DNA from: a bacterium
GTDB lineage: Bacteria; Patescibacteriota; UBA1384; CAILIB01
Assembly: GCA_037131105.1 (NCBI GenBank)
Contig: JBAXRQ010000001.1
Span: 701,465-765,464 of the forward strand
DNA: 64,000 bases
Reading direction: 5' to 3'
Every line of letters starts with the position of its first letter. Within the stretch, counting starts at the first letter, position 1. Below the pieces are notes generated by a model. It was not told the DNA's origin. It worked only from the letters and a program-made list of their open reading frames with translations, and made no database searches. This document shows, piece by piece, positions 1-9,109 of this stretch. The translations under genes were made by a program, and so were the position numbers.

Positions 1-822
1 CTTGCCCTCCATGGCGAAAATACCGGTCTCCGTCACATCACCGAAGCGGTTTTTTACCGCCCTCAAAATACGCAGCTGCTGTTGAGGCTCACCCTCAAGA
101 TACAGCACCACGTCCACTAGATGCTCCAAGGTCCGGGGGCCCGCCACCGTACCTTCCTTCGTGATGTGTCCCACCAATACCATGGGGACCCCCAGGCGCT
201 TGGCCAAATGTTGGATACGGACGGCGCACTCTCTGACCTGCACTATGCTTCCTGGCGTAGAGGGAAACTGGGGATCGTACATGGTCTGGATGGAATCTAC
301 GATGACCAGGGCTGGCTTCAGCTGCTCCACCACGGCCGTAATATGGTCGATATTGGTGGCTGCCAGAATCTGCACTTCGGAGGCAGTAGCTCCCAGACGC
401 TCCGCCCGCAGTTTGATCTGCTCGGGAGACTCTTCTCCACTGATATAGAGGATCTGATTCTTTGATACGCTACCCATGCGCTCCACGACCTGTAGAAGAA
501 GGGTGCTTTTTCCTATGCCAGGATCACCCCCCAAGAGAATAACGCTACCGGCCACTATCCCGCCTCCCAGCACCCGATCCAGCTCGGCAAACCCTGATAA
601 GGTCCGGCTTTCAGCTTGACCAGTAATAGCTGCCAAACTAATGGGGGCTGACGCCGTCTCTCCGCTGTAGCCGCCGCCCCGCTCAGCCACTACTGGGGCC
701 ACCTTAAACTCCTTGAGAGTATTCCAGTTATTGCAGTTGTTACAGCGGCCCTGCCACTGGATATATTCCTCGCCGCAGACCTCGCAGACAAAGACAGTGC
801 TGGAACGAGACTTTTTTGGCAT
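1..822 (-). CDS. radA: DNA repair protein RadA/Sms, partial; the C-terminus lies beyond the window start
   Basis: Minus-strand translation from the ATG at 820-822 reads MPKKSRSSTVFVCEVCGEEY...GGDPGIGKSTLLLQV. This gives an N-terminal C4 zinc ribbon and a RecA-like Walker A (GDPGIGKST). The plus-strand ORFs at 121-465 and 161-448 are antisense artefacts. Confidence 0.8.
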   Translation of the reverse strand, partial: MPKKSRSSTVFVCEVCGEEYIQWQGRCNNCNNWNTLKEFKVAPVVAERGGGYSGETASAPISLAAITGQAESRTLSGFAELDRVLGGGIVAGSVILLGGDPGIGKSTLLLQVVERMGSVSKNQILYISGEESPEQIKLRAERLGATASEVQILAATNIDHITAVVEQLKPALVIVDSIQTMYDPQFPSTPGSIVQVRECAVRIQHLAKRLGVPMVLVGHITKEGTVAGPRTLEHLVDVVLYLEGEPQQQLRILRAVKNRFGDVTETGIFAMEGK

Positions 823-982
823 GGCAGGAATTATTTGCTATCTAGGGACAACTATACCAGACGGCCTCGGCGCGTCTAGCTACTTCAATTCATTACTATT
901 CAAAGCACCTGATAACATCCTCAAGGAGCCTTGAGTGACAGCGTATCCACCAGTGTTCACAAACAGCTCTGTGAGGATGCCG

Positions 983-2641
983 TCAGGCACTCGGTTCTAT
1001 TCTCCGGATAAGGCAGCTGGGAGCCCGTACATTGTTCCACTCCTCAACTTCAAGTGCATACATGACCAGGTACTGCTGTTCAGGATCGACCTCAGTCTCG
1101 CCCTTGCCGAAGGCAATGGCTTTTCGCCGTACTGCACCATCCTCAAGAAAGCAGGCTAGATGCTTCTGCTCCCGGCCCACCCGTCTGACCGATCCCAGCT
1201 TACACTCCGACTCAAACAAGGGTGCTGAAAAGCCTATTCCAAAAGGCTCAAGGACTGCCAGTCCCTCAGCCAGCTCCATATCGGCATCTTGTAAAGAAAT
1301 CTCCAGATCGGCGCCCCGGCGCCAGGCCACCGCGAATCCTGCATGGTTCCAGCCTTGGCCGGCAGCCCATATATTGAGGCTGTCACGAAGCTGGTCAGGT
1401 AACACTCCCTCGCCAAGGCTCAGTCCTCCCGCCTTACTATGGCCACCGTAACGCTCCAGGAGCTCTCCAGCGCCTGCCATCAACTCGACTGCATGGAAAC
1501 CGTCCAGACTACGTACCGAGCCCTTGATGGCCCCTCCCTCAGTCGCCAGGGCTACTACCGGTCGCCCGAACCGCTCCAACATGCGTCCGGCCACCAAACC
1601 GATGACGCCCGTGGACCATGTCTCACCATACAAAACCAGGCACAAGTCATCTCCCTGAGCTACTGCCAACGCTTCAGCTTCCTTGAGATGCTGTTCCAAG
1701 AGTCTCTGGCGGCCGGCATTTTGATCATTCAGATAGCCTGCAAGTCGACGAGCCTCGGTACTATCAGGTTCAGTAAGAAGAGAGAGAGCCACGTTTCTTC
1801 CCCCCTCCATTTCCTGGTGCATACGGGAAGGGGCGTTGATGCGCGGCGCCAGCTGGAAACCAACCGAACCAGAGGAAAGCTTTGAAAGCTCGATTCCGGC
1901 CACTTCAGCCAAGGCCTTGAGGCCGACGTTTCGGGTCTTCCTGAGTACTTGCAGGCCATAGGTGACCAACACCCGGTTCTCTCCCAGCATCGGCACCATG
2001 TCAGCAATGGTAGAGAATGCTACCAGATCCAACTCCCACTTAAGCGGGGTCCAATCCCTACCGAGCTCGCCATAGAGGCTAATCATCAGTTTCCAGGCGA
2101 TGGCACAGCCGCATAACTCCTTGAAAGGATAGGGGCAGTCAGGCTGCTTGGGGTTGAGAATGGCCAGGGCTGAATATGCCAGATGGCCTTCCTGCGGCTC
2201 ATGGTGGTCGCAGACTATCGTGTCTATCCCCGCCTCTTTCAATGCGGCAATCTCTGACTCTGAGACGGTGCCATTGTCCACGGTAATCAGAAGGGTAATG
2301 CCCTGGCTAATTATCTCAGCTACCGCTCCAGGATTCAGTCCATATCCAGCTGCCCGGGTCGGAATAAGGGCCACAGGCTCAACACCCAGGCCGCGCAGGG
2401 CCCGTACCAGAAGCGCTGTCGCCGGCACCCCGTCTGCGTCATAATCCCCAAAGATACCTATCGTCTCATCCTCACGTATAGCCACGGAAAGCCGGGCTAC
2501 GGCGACAGACATCCCCTTCATCAGTCCTCCGTCATGGGTGTCTCGTGAGAAGTCAGGGTGGAGAAATACCTCCTGGGCAGTCCCTGTTATGCCCCTCTGC
2601 TCGAGAAGGGATGTAATAACCGGATGAAGGTGTGCACTCAT
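983..2641 (-). CDS. recJ: Single-stranded-DNA-specific exonuclease RecJ (DHH/DHHA1)
   Basis: 552 aa. Shows the DHH-family motifs GDYDADGV and VCDHHEP and a typical RecJ N-terminus (LLEQRGI). Confidence 0.85.
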   Translation of the reverse strand: MSAHLHPVITSLLEQRGITGTAQEVFLHPDFSRDTHDGGLMKGMSVAVARLSVAIREDETIGIFGDYDADGVPATALLVRALRGLGVEPVALIPTRAAGYGLNPGAVAEIISQGITLLITVDNGTVSESEIAALKEAGIDTIVCDHHEPQEGHLAYSALAILNPKQPDCPYPFKELCGCAIAWKLMISLYGELGRDWTPLKWELDLVAFSTIADMVPMLGENRVLVTYGLQVLRKTRNVGLKALAEVAGIELSKLSSGSVGFQLAPRINAPSRMHQEMEGGRNVALSLLTEPDSTEARRLAGYLNDQNAGRQRLLEQHLKEAEALAVAQGDDLCLVLYGETWSTGVIGLVAGRMLERFGRPVVALATEGGAIKGSVRSLDGFHAVELMAGAGELLERYGGHSKAGGLSLGEGVLPDQLRDSLNIWAAGQGWNHAGFAVAWRRGADLEISLQDADMELAEGLAVLEPFGIGFSAPLFESECKLGSVRRVGREQKHLACFLEDGAVRRKAIAFGKGETEVDPEQQYLVMYALEVEEWNNVRAPSCLIRRIEPSA

Positions 2642-3450
2642 TGGACGTAGGCCCAGCGGTCTATTCTCAGGTCAACTTTTGAGGTCGTAGTCACCTTCTT
2701 TTGTTGCACCAAGCGGGAAAGGTTGCGAATCTGCACACCTGGATCAGCCAGGCTACTCAGGCGTACCTGCATTCCCGGCTTAGTCACTATTGTCACATCA
2801 TAAGTGGTGTCGGCAACTTCGAAGTGATCAACGGGAACGGTAGGCAGAAGTATTCCCATCTGCTTGGAAACTTCAGCAACAAAAGCCGTGAAGCCGCCAG
2901 CTACCACACTCTGGCCCAGACTGACCGGTAGACTCTTGGTATCCTGCACCTTCGGCAGTGTTGAAATAAGCGTTCCGGCCGGCGTCGATGGAGAGGGAGC
3001 TGAGACAAGCGGATACTGGGCAAAGGCCAGCCCTGTCACATCAAGAAGGGTAAGGTTACTCCCAGAGGTCCAGGCCAAAGCCGGCTGTCGCTCATGCACC
3101 ACCACCCTGATACTGTCAGGTAAACCCTTAAGAATATCCACTGACTGGATGCGCGGGTCAACCATAATCTGGCTACTAACCCTCTCCTTAGGGAAGAACC
3201 AGATCGGATCACCAGTAGGAACCAGTCCCTTGATCTGATCAGCAGATACCAAGCTAGTGCCTTGCACGTCCACCTTGCGCACCGAAAACCAGCCGCTAAA
3301 AAAGACCACATAGAGCAGGCACCCCGCCACAGCCACCCAAAATAGTGAGGATACGAAACGGGCAAGTCCCGCGTAAGAGCGTCGGGGCTTTTGAAGATTG
3401 CCGTAAATCTTCGGCATTTGGCGAGCGTAGTGTCGACGTGACCTGGCCAT
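2638..3450 (-). CDS. ftsQ: Cell division protein FtsQ/DivIB-like (POTRA domain)
   Basis: 270 aa with an N-terminal transmembrane helix followed by a POTRA-like segment (VRKVDVQGTSLVSADQIKGLV). It sits in the dcw cluster directly after the murB genes, and its stop overlaps the recJ start. Confidence 0.55.
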   Translation of the reverse strand: MARSRRHYARQMPKIYGNLQKPRRSYAGLARFVSSLFWVAVAGCLLYVVFFSGWFSVRKVDVQGTSLVSADQIKGLVPTGDPIWFFPKERVSSQIMVDPRIQSVDILKGLPDSIRVVVHERQPALAWTSGSNLTLLDVTGLAFAQYPLVSAPSPSTPAGTLISTLPKVQDTKSLPVSLGQSVVAGGFTAFVAEVSKQMGILLPTVPVDHFEVADTTYDVTIVTKPGMQVRLSSLADPGVQIRNLSRLVQQKKVTTTSKVDLRIDRWAYVQ

Positions 3451-3459
3451 AGCCTTATA

Positions 3460-4413
3460 TTACCATACTCCCCCAAACTCATACCGACAGGAAAGCTCTC
3501 GTCCGCTCTGGGTTTTGACCATAGACTGCATCTCCTCTATGAGTGCTTTAATGTCGGATGAACGGGCAGCAGTTCCGTCAAAGCGAAGGAAATTGGGCAA
3601 ATACCTGTCAGGATATATCCCTCCGACTAGCATTTTTGCCACGCACGCCTCGCGCAGTAGCTGGTCGGCAGTTACATCGTCAAAGTCAGCAAAAAGCGGT
3701 CCGAGAAACCGCCCATTCGGCACCCTTCCTTCTCGTACCTCCGAATAGTCCCGCAGTCTGTCTCTCACCTCGTCCTGACGCAAGCTGGTCAACTGAAACA
3801 GGACGGTCAAAATAATCGGAGAAGGCTCACCGAAGGGGCGAGTGGCCCTCAAATGCTGTAAACGCGTACCACCTTCCGGTCGCTCCAACCAGTCCCGTTT
3901 GTAACGATTTACCGTCGCCTCTCGATCAATCTTGGCAGGAGGCATAATCATGGTCAGGTAGCGAACCGAGGAAAGTAGCGGCTGATCGCCCCTGGTAAGG
4001 CCGGCATACAGCGCTCCGCCCACCGTACCTCCCTCCCCAAAAAAATCAGTAAGACCTCCTAGCCCATGTCCGGCCGCCGTAGCTACGAATCTCGCCAACG
4101 AAAGACCGCTGTCCACTACCACCTGGCTCTTATCTAGGGCAAAGGCACAAGAATCAGCCTGGTTATGGATTATTAGTCCGGGATATCCAGCGTCGGAAAA
4201 TATCATGCCCTGACCCTGGCCTATTACTTGGTAGGGAAGCTGGATATCAATGGCTGCCTTGATAGCGGCCGCCAACTCTACCGTAGTTCGGGCGACTGTA
4301 AAATAATCAGCACTACCGCCGCCGCCCAGCGGATTGAACTCGCCCAAGGGACGCTGTTCCTCAAGGTGAGCCAACTGCTTAAGTAGTCCTAGTCGGTTGG
4401 AGTCGTCGGCCAT
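3460..4413 (-). CDS. Divergent MurB-like FAD-binding protein; a tandem paralog that is probably non-catalytic
   Basis: 317 aa. Matches the MurB template (GGGGSAD...QGQGMIFSDAGYPGLII...GEGGTVGGALYAG), but the region aligning to the catalytic SAGSxFKNP is replaced by GRFLGPLFAD. It sits where ddl is normally found in a dcw cluster. Confidence 0.5.
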   Translation of the reverse strand: MADDSNRLGLLKQLAHLEEQRPLGEFNPLGGGGSADYFTVARTTVELAAAIKAAIDIQLPYQVIGQGQGMIFSDAGYPGLIIHNQADSCAFALDKSQVVVDSGLSLARFVATAAGHGLGGLTDFFGEGGTVGGALYAGLTRGDQPLLSSVRYLTMIMPPAKIDREATVNRYKRDWLERPEGGTRLQHLRATRPFGEPSPIILTVLFQLTSLRQDEVRDRLRDYSEVREGRVPNGRFLGPLFADFDDVTADQLLREACVAKMLVGGIYPDRYLPNFLRFDGTAARSSDIKALIEEMQSMVKTQSGRELSCRYEFGGVW

Positions 4414-5468
4414 TGCCTGCGCTGTGCGTGGATGTCGATAAGCTCAACCTCTGGCTCCAGGGAGATCTGGAACCGTTCGTATACCCTTCCACGGATAGTC
4501 TCAATGAGGGAAATAAGGTCTGCCTGAGTGCCACCACCGATATTCACAATGAAGTTGGCATGGCCGGGAAACACCTGCATGCCACCCACCTGGTGCCCCT
4601 TGAGTCCAACCTGATCTACATACCAGGCAGCAGAAACAGCTTCCTGGCCGGACGACAGCGCCTGTTCAGGGGTAATGTTTTGAAAGACCGACCCGCAGTT
4701 AGCGCCCGATGGCTGCACTCGTGACTTCTCCTTGGTCCATTCCAGGTAATGTGACAGATTTTCAGCAGCAGCCTCGGGCCCGGCATCAGTAAGCTTGAAT
4801 ATAACTGAGATAATAAGTAATCCGTTTCGATGAAAGACGCTGGTGTCATAGCCAAATCCCAGCTCCGCGGCAGGAAGTAGACCAGTTTCGCCATTAACCG
4901 GATCAAACGTGCGGACTGCAACCACTGCCTCGGAAAGCAGACGGCGCTCACCGTGAATATTATTATAGACAGCCCCTCCCACCTGACAAGGAATGCGGGC
5001 AAACCAGTGCAGACCGGAAAAGCCCAACCGCAGACTCTGAGTGACCGCCAGTCCCCACGGCACTGAGGCACCCATCTCAACAAAAACTGGATTGCCTGAG
5101 ATATCTTCTACAGTATGGAGCTGGAGAAAGTCCTCGCCAGCTCCAGGCTTGTAGCGCGACTCGACAGTAACCGGTTCCAGAGATATTCCCAGTCCCCCGA
5201 CCTCCTCGTCGGTCAGTACTCGAATTTCTTTGAAAGAAGGCTGCACCAGAACTGCCTGGAGCTCATCGTCAGGCAATACCAAGTCGCTACCGCCTCCCAG
5301 ACCCTTCCAGGGCAGACCCAGCTCTTTAATACACTCGAATGTCTCCCGTATCTCATCAACGGTCGACGGCCGGGCCAGATAACGTACAGGGCCGCCCACC
5401 TTCATACTTACGAGGGTTGCGCCGCTGACCTGCTCCTGCCAATAGGAAGGTGTCGTCATGCCATCCAT
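4389..5468 (-). CDS. murB: UDP-N-acetylenolpyruvoylglucosamine reductase MurB
   Basis: 359 aa with the MurB motifs LGGGSDLVL, RIPCQVGGAVYNN, GANCGSVFQN and AAWYVDQVGLKGHQVGGMQVFPGHANFIVN. Confidence 0.8.
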   Translation of the reverse strand: MDGMTTPSYWQEQVSGATLVSMKVGGPVRYLARPSTVDEIRETFECIKELGLPWKGLGGGSDLVLPDDELQAVLVQPSFKEIRVLTDEEVGGLGISLEPVTVESRYKPGAGEDFLQLHTVEDISGNPVFVEMGASVPWGLAVTQSLRLGFSGLHWFARIPCQVGGAVYNNIHGERRLLSEAVVAVRTFDPVNGETGLLPAAELGFGYDTSVFHRNGLLIISVIFKLTDAGPEAAAENLSHYLEWTKEKSRVQPSGANCGSVFQNITPEQALSSGQEAVSAAWYVDQVGLKGHQVGGMQVFPGHANFIVNIGGGTQADLISLIETIRGRVYERFQISLEPEVELIDIHAQRRQWPTTPTD

Positions 5469-6772
5469 CCTTCCATAAGACCCCTGATTGAACCGGCTCC
5501 CATGCTCACCAGTATGCCAGGCTGCGAGCTAGCATTTTTTACCAGCTGAGCGAGCTCGTCATTGGTAGTGGCTACCGTTACCTTCATATTCTTAGTATCC
5601 TTAGCCATGATATGGTCAGCGATGTCCTGGCTACTTATGGTATCGGCTTCCTCTCGGCCGGCCACCTCGTAAATAGGTGCCAAAATCAGCTCGTCAGGAG
5701 AGTTCGCATCAAAGCAGCGTCCGAAGTCCTCAAGCAAGAGGCGGGTACGGGACTTCTGGTGGGGCTGGAAGACCAAAGTCATGCGGTCGGCAGGATAGCG
5801 CTCACGAAACGCTTGCAGGGTGGCGGCTATCTCCTTAGGATGATGGGCATAATCGTCATAAGCCTGGACTTTATTCCAGGTTCCCAGATGCTCAAAACGA
5901 CGCCCGACGCCTGGAAATGTCGCCAATGCCTCCTGAATATCTTTATTCGAAATACCTATTTCATGGGCAATGCGAGCGGCAGCCGTGGCATTGAGCAGGT
6001 TGTGCTTTCCGGGAATCAGCAACTTGAGACCAGGCCAGATATGCTGCTCATCATACCAGCGGAACCGGTAGGAAAAGCCCTTGCAAACCTTTCTGATACT
6101 GGCGTTGCGCCCATAAGCTGTCACTAGTCCCCGCTTGGCTGGCAGATTGCGCAGGAAACGGCGGAAGGAGTGCTCGATCTCAGCCAGCCCTCCCTTGTAG
6201 TAGTCCAGGTGGTCGCTGTCGATATTGAGGATGATAGCCATCTCAGCCTTAAACTGATGAAAGCTGCGGTCGAACTCATCAGCCTCAAGTACCAGCCAGT
6301 CACTATAACCTATCAGGGTCGTACGACCCCAGGCAGCCAGCGTACCTCCCACAAACACCGTCGGTTTCAAACCGGCCACCTCAAGTATCCAGCCCAGCAT
6401 TGCGGTAGTAGTGGTCTTGCCATGGGTACCAGAAACGGCCAGGGTGCGGTGCGACTTGGTGAGACGTCCGATCCACTCAGCCCGCTTTCGAACCGGCAGT
6501 CCTCGCCCCTGCACCTCAAGAAGTTCAGGATAACTAGGCGCAGTCTCAGTAATGGCAGAGTTTATAACCACCTCAGTGATATCACCAGGAATGTTTTCTG
6601 GCTGCGAGCCATAGTGAATGTCAGCCCCTCGCTCCACATAGGAGCGTGTGACTGCGGTTTCAACCATATCGCTCCCGGACAGCTTCCAGCCCTTGGCCAG
6701 AGCATAGTCGGCGATCCAGGCCATGCCGACACCGCCAATACCGATACAGTACATATGTGGGTTTGTCTTCAT
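5456..6772 (-). CDS. murC: UDP-N-acetylmuramate--L-alanine ligase MurC
   Basis: Mur ligase with HMYCIGIGGVGM at the N-terminus and GTHGKTTTTAM. The start is trimmed to MKTNPHMY (6770-6772); the longer ORF running to 7000 would overlap murG. Confidence 0.85.
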   Translation of the reverse strand: MKTNPHMYCIGIGGVGMAWIADYALAKGWKLSGSDMVETAVTRSYVERGADIHYGSQPENIPGDITEVVINSAITETAPSYPELLEVQGRGLPVRKRAEWIGRLTKSHRTLAVSGTHGKTTTTAMLGWILEVAGLKPTVFVGGTLAAWGRTTLIGYSDWLVLEADEFDRSFHQFKAEMAIILNIDSDHLDYYKGGLAEIEHSFRRFLRNLPAKRGLVTAYGRNASIRKVCKGFSYRFRWYDEQHIWPGLKLLIPGKHNLLNATAAARIAHEIGISNKDIQEALATFPGVGRRFEHLGTWNKVQAYDDYAHHPKEIAATLQAFRERYPADRMTLVFQPHQKSRTRLLLEDFGRCFDANSPDELILAPIYEVAGREEADTISSQDIADHIMAKDTKNMKVTVATTNDELAQLVKNASSQPGILVSMGAGSIRGLMEGWMA

Positions 6773-6800
6773 AGTTTCATTGTTAGCGGGTTTTGTCCGC

Positions 6801-7922
6801 TTACTCCAGTCCTTCGAGAATAGTACGGGCCATCTCCTCCGCCGCTTCCGGGCGGGCAAAGGTACTGATCGCCTCAGAAAGCCTCCGCCGCTCAGCTGCG
6901 TCATCCATAAGCGCACAAACCACTTCCACCAGTTTCTCAGAATTAGTACCTGTCTCCAAGAATATCTTGGCAGCGCCTGCCGCCTCCAACACCTTGGCAT
7001 TGGCCAACTGATGGCCCTGGGCAGCTGTGGAAAGTGGGACTAGCACGGTAGGCGTCTCGCTGGCAGCCAGCTCAAAGACCGTCCCGCCGGCCCGACTAAT
7101 CGCCAATGAGGCACTGGCGAACAACTCAGGCATTCCTTCCAATAGAAATTCACTAAGATACAGATTCTGGCGCAGATGAGGATTCATGCGGGCAGCCTCA
7201 CGGTACAGCTCGTCATAGTCCAGCGATCCGCACAGATGCACCACCCGATACGAGGCAAGCAGTGTAGGCCAGGCACCCTGCACCAACCGGTTAAGGCGTC
7301 TCGCACCCTGGCTTCCCCCGATCACCACCAGAAGTGGCAGCCCGTTCTTCCCCACTCTTCCTTGGTCAATCAAGGGAACAAAAGTCGGACTCGGATGATA
7401 GAAGGCCGCCCGCACCGGCTGTCCGGTGGCCTGGAGCTTACTGGGCAGGAGATTGTCATACCAGTCGACGGGAAATGACGTAAATATTCGCTTGGCGTAT
7501 CGAGCCACCAACCGGTTAGCCAGGCCGGGGACCACATCGGTCTCATGGGTGAAGACAGGAATGCCACGCCTAGCAGCTGCCTTAGCAATGGGAAAGCTCA
7601 GCATACTCCCCTTACACAGGACGGCGGCCGGCTTCAGCTTACCCACCAGACGTTCAGCCTGAATGAGGCCGATGATAGCGCGGTAGCCTTGACGAAGCTG
7701 GTCAGGAGTCAGAAACCTATGTAGTTTTCCCGCCGTGATCGAATATCTGGCAAAGGTCAGGCCAGACGCGTCAAGCAAGGGAGACTGCAGATCGGAAGCC
7801 TGCCCCACATAGATGCAGGGCCGATCCGGATCCAGACGCCTCACCTCCCCCATCACAGCAAGCAGAGGAACAATATGCCCTCCGGAACCGCCACCGGCAA
7901 ATAAAATAGGTGCTTTACTCAT
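6801..7922 (-). CDS. murG: Undecaprenyl-PP-MurNAc-pentapeptide UDP-GlcNAc transferase MurG
   Basis: 373 aa with an N-terminal ILFAGGGSGGHIVPLLAV motif (GT28 family). Confidence 0.85.
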   Translation of the reverse strand: MSKAPILFAGGGSGGHIVPLLAVMGEVRRLDPDRPCIYVGQASDLQSPLLDASGLTFARYSITAGKLHRFLTPDQLRQGYRAIIGLIQAERLVGKLKPAAVLCKGSMLSFPIAKAAARRGIPVFTHETDVVPGLANRLVARYAKRIFTSFPVDWYDNLLPSKLQATGQPVRAAFYHPSPTFVPLIDQGRVGKNGLPLLVVIGGSQGARRLNRLVQGAWPTLLASYRVVHLCGSLDYDELYREAARMNPHLRQNLYLSEFLLEGMPELFASASLAISRAGGTVFELAASETPTVLVPLSTAAQGHQLANAKVLEAAGAAKIFLETGTNSEKLVEVVCALMDDAAERRRLSEAISTFARPEAAEEMARTILEGLE

Positions 7923-9109
7923 GAACGGGTCTGACGGGAAACACGTGACGGCTTAGTATCGGCATCTTCTCGCGGCTTAATGAAACGAGAAATGTTTAAC
8001 AGTACTCCTACTGCCAGTAGTGATATCAGCAAGTTAGTACCTCCATAGCTAATAAATGGAAGCGGTACCCCCACCAGAGGCACCAAGTGAACCATCGAAC
8101 CCACATTCACGAAGGCCTGGAAGGCAAACCAGCTGGTAATACCCACAGCCACCAGCCGCCCGAACAGATCAGTGGATAGTGAGGCGATGAGGTAGCCCCT
8201 ATAGATGAGAAACACATAGGCCAAGATAAGGGCAGCGGACCAGAGAAAACCCAGCTCCTCGCCGATAATGGCAAATATCGAGTCAGTCTGCGGCTCAGGC
8301 AAGTAGCGGCGCTTCTGCTTGCTCTGCCCGAAGCCAACTCCCGTCCAACTGCCGGAACCAATGGCTATCGAAGCATTATCCACCTGGTAGGTGTTCGATT
8401 TTGAGGTAGTCTCTCCTGATTGTGAGGTACTGTTTGCGCCTTGAGCGGGATTCAGAAAGGTAAGTAGACGGTCACGACGATAGGGGCTACTAATACTTAT
8501 TACTGCCACCGCCACGACCAGGGCGACCAGCCCAATAGAAGCCTGCTTCCAGGTAAGTCCAGCCACCACATACACGGCAATGGCCGAGGTAAGAATGATG
8601 GCGAGAGTACCAAAGTCCGGCTGCTTCAGCATTAGTACCGAGATAGCCACCAGCACTACGACATAGGGGATAAAGGTCTCCTTAATACTATTAATAACCT
8701 TCTGCCGCTCTACCAACCAGGCCGAAAGATAGATAATAAAGGTCAGCTTAGCCAGCTCGGAAGGCTGGAACGTCTGCCCGGCCACTACTATCCAGCGGTG
8801 CGCCCCGTTGATCTCCCCCTTACTGAAGAGAAACACACTGATAAGCAGAATAAGGGTGATCACCAGCATGGCGCCAGCCCATTTCTTCCAGACGTGGTAG
8901 TCAATGTTTGCCGTGGTAGCCATGCCAATAAGACCGACGATGGCCCAGACTATCTGGTGCTTAAAGAAATACTTGTCATCCCCGAAGAGGTTGTAGGCGA
9001 CAATGACCGAGGCAGAATAGATCATGACTATGCCAAACATCACCAGCCCGAAAACGGTGAGGGCTGTCCAGCTGTCGATACGATGGCTGTAAGCCGGTTT
9101 GGTACTCAT
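7919..9109 (-). CDS. ftsW: SEDS-family peptidoglycan glycosyltransferase FtsW/RodA
   Basis: 396 aa polytopic membrane protein in the ftsW position between murD and murG, with ATGA-type overlaps to both neighbours. Confidence 0.8.
   Translation of the reverse strand: MSTKPAYSHRIDSWTALTVFGLVMFGIVMIYSASVIVAYNLFGDDKYFFKHQIVWAIVGLIGMATTANIDYHVWKKWAGAMLVITLILLISVFLFSKGEINGAHRWIVVAGQTFQPSELAKLTFIIYLSAWLVERQKVINSIKETFIPYVVVLVAISVLMLKQPDFGTLAIILTSAIAVYVVAGLTWKQASIGLVALVVAVAVISISSPYRRDRLLTFLNPAQGANSTSQSGETTSKSNTYQVDNASIAIGSGSWTGVGFGQSKQKRRYLPEPQTDSIFAIIGEELGFLWSAALILAYVFLIYRGYLIASLSTDLFGRLVAVGITSWFAFQAFVNVGSMVHLVPLVGVPLPFISYGGTNLLISLLAVGVLLNISRFIKPREDADTKPSRVSRQTRS

Noticed and set aside
121-465. Plus-strand ORFs (114 and 95 aa) inside the radA region
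   Set aside because: They are antisense to a well-supported RadA reading frame with Walker A and a zinc ribbon. They are high-GC antisense artefacts.
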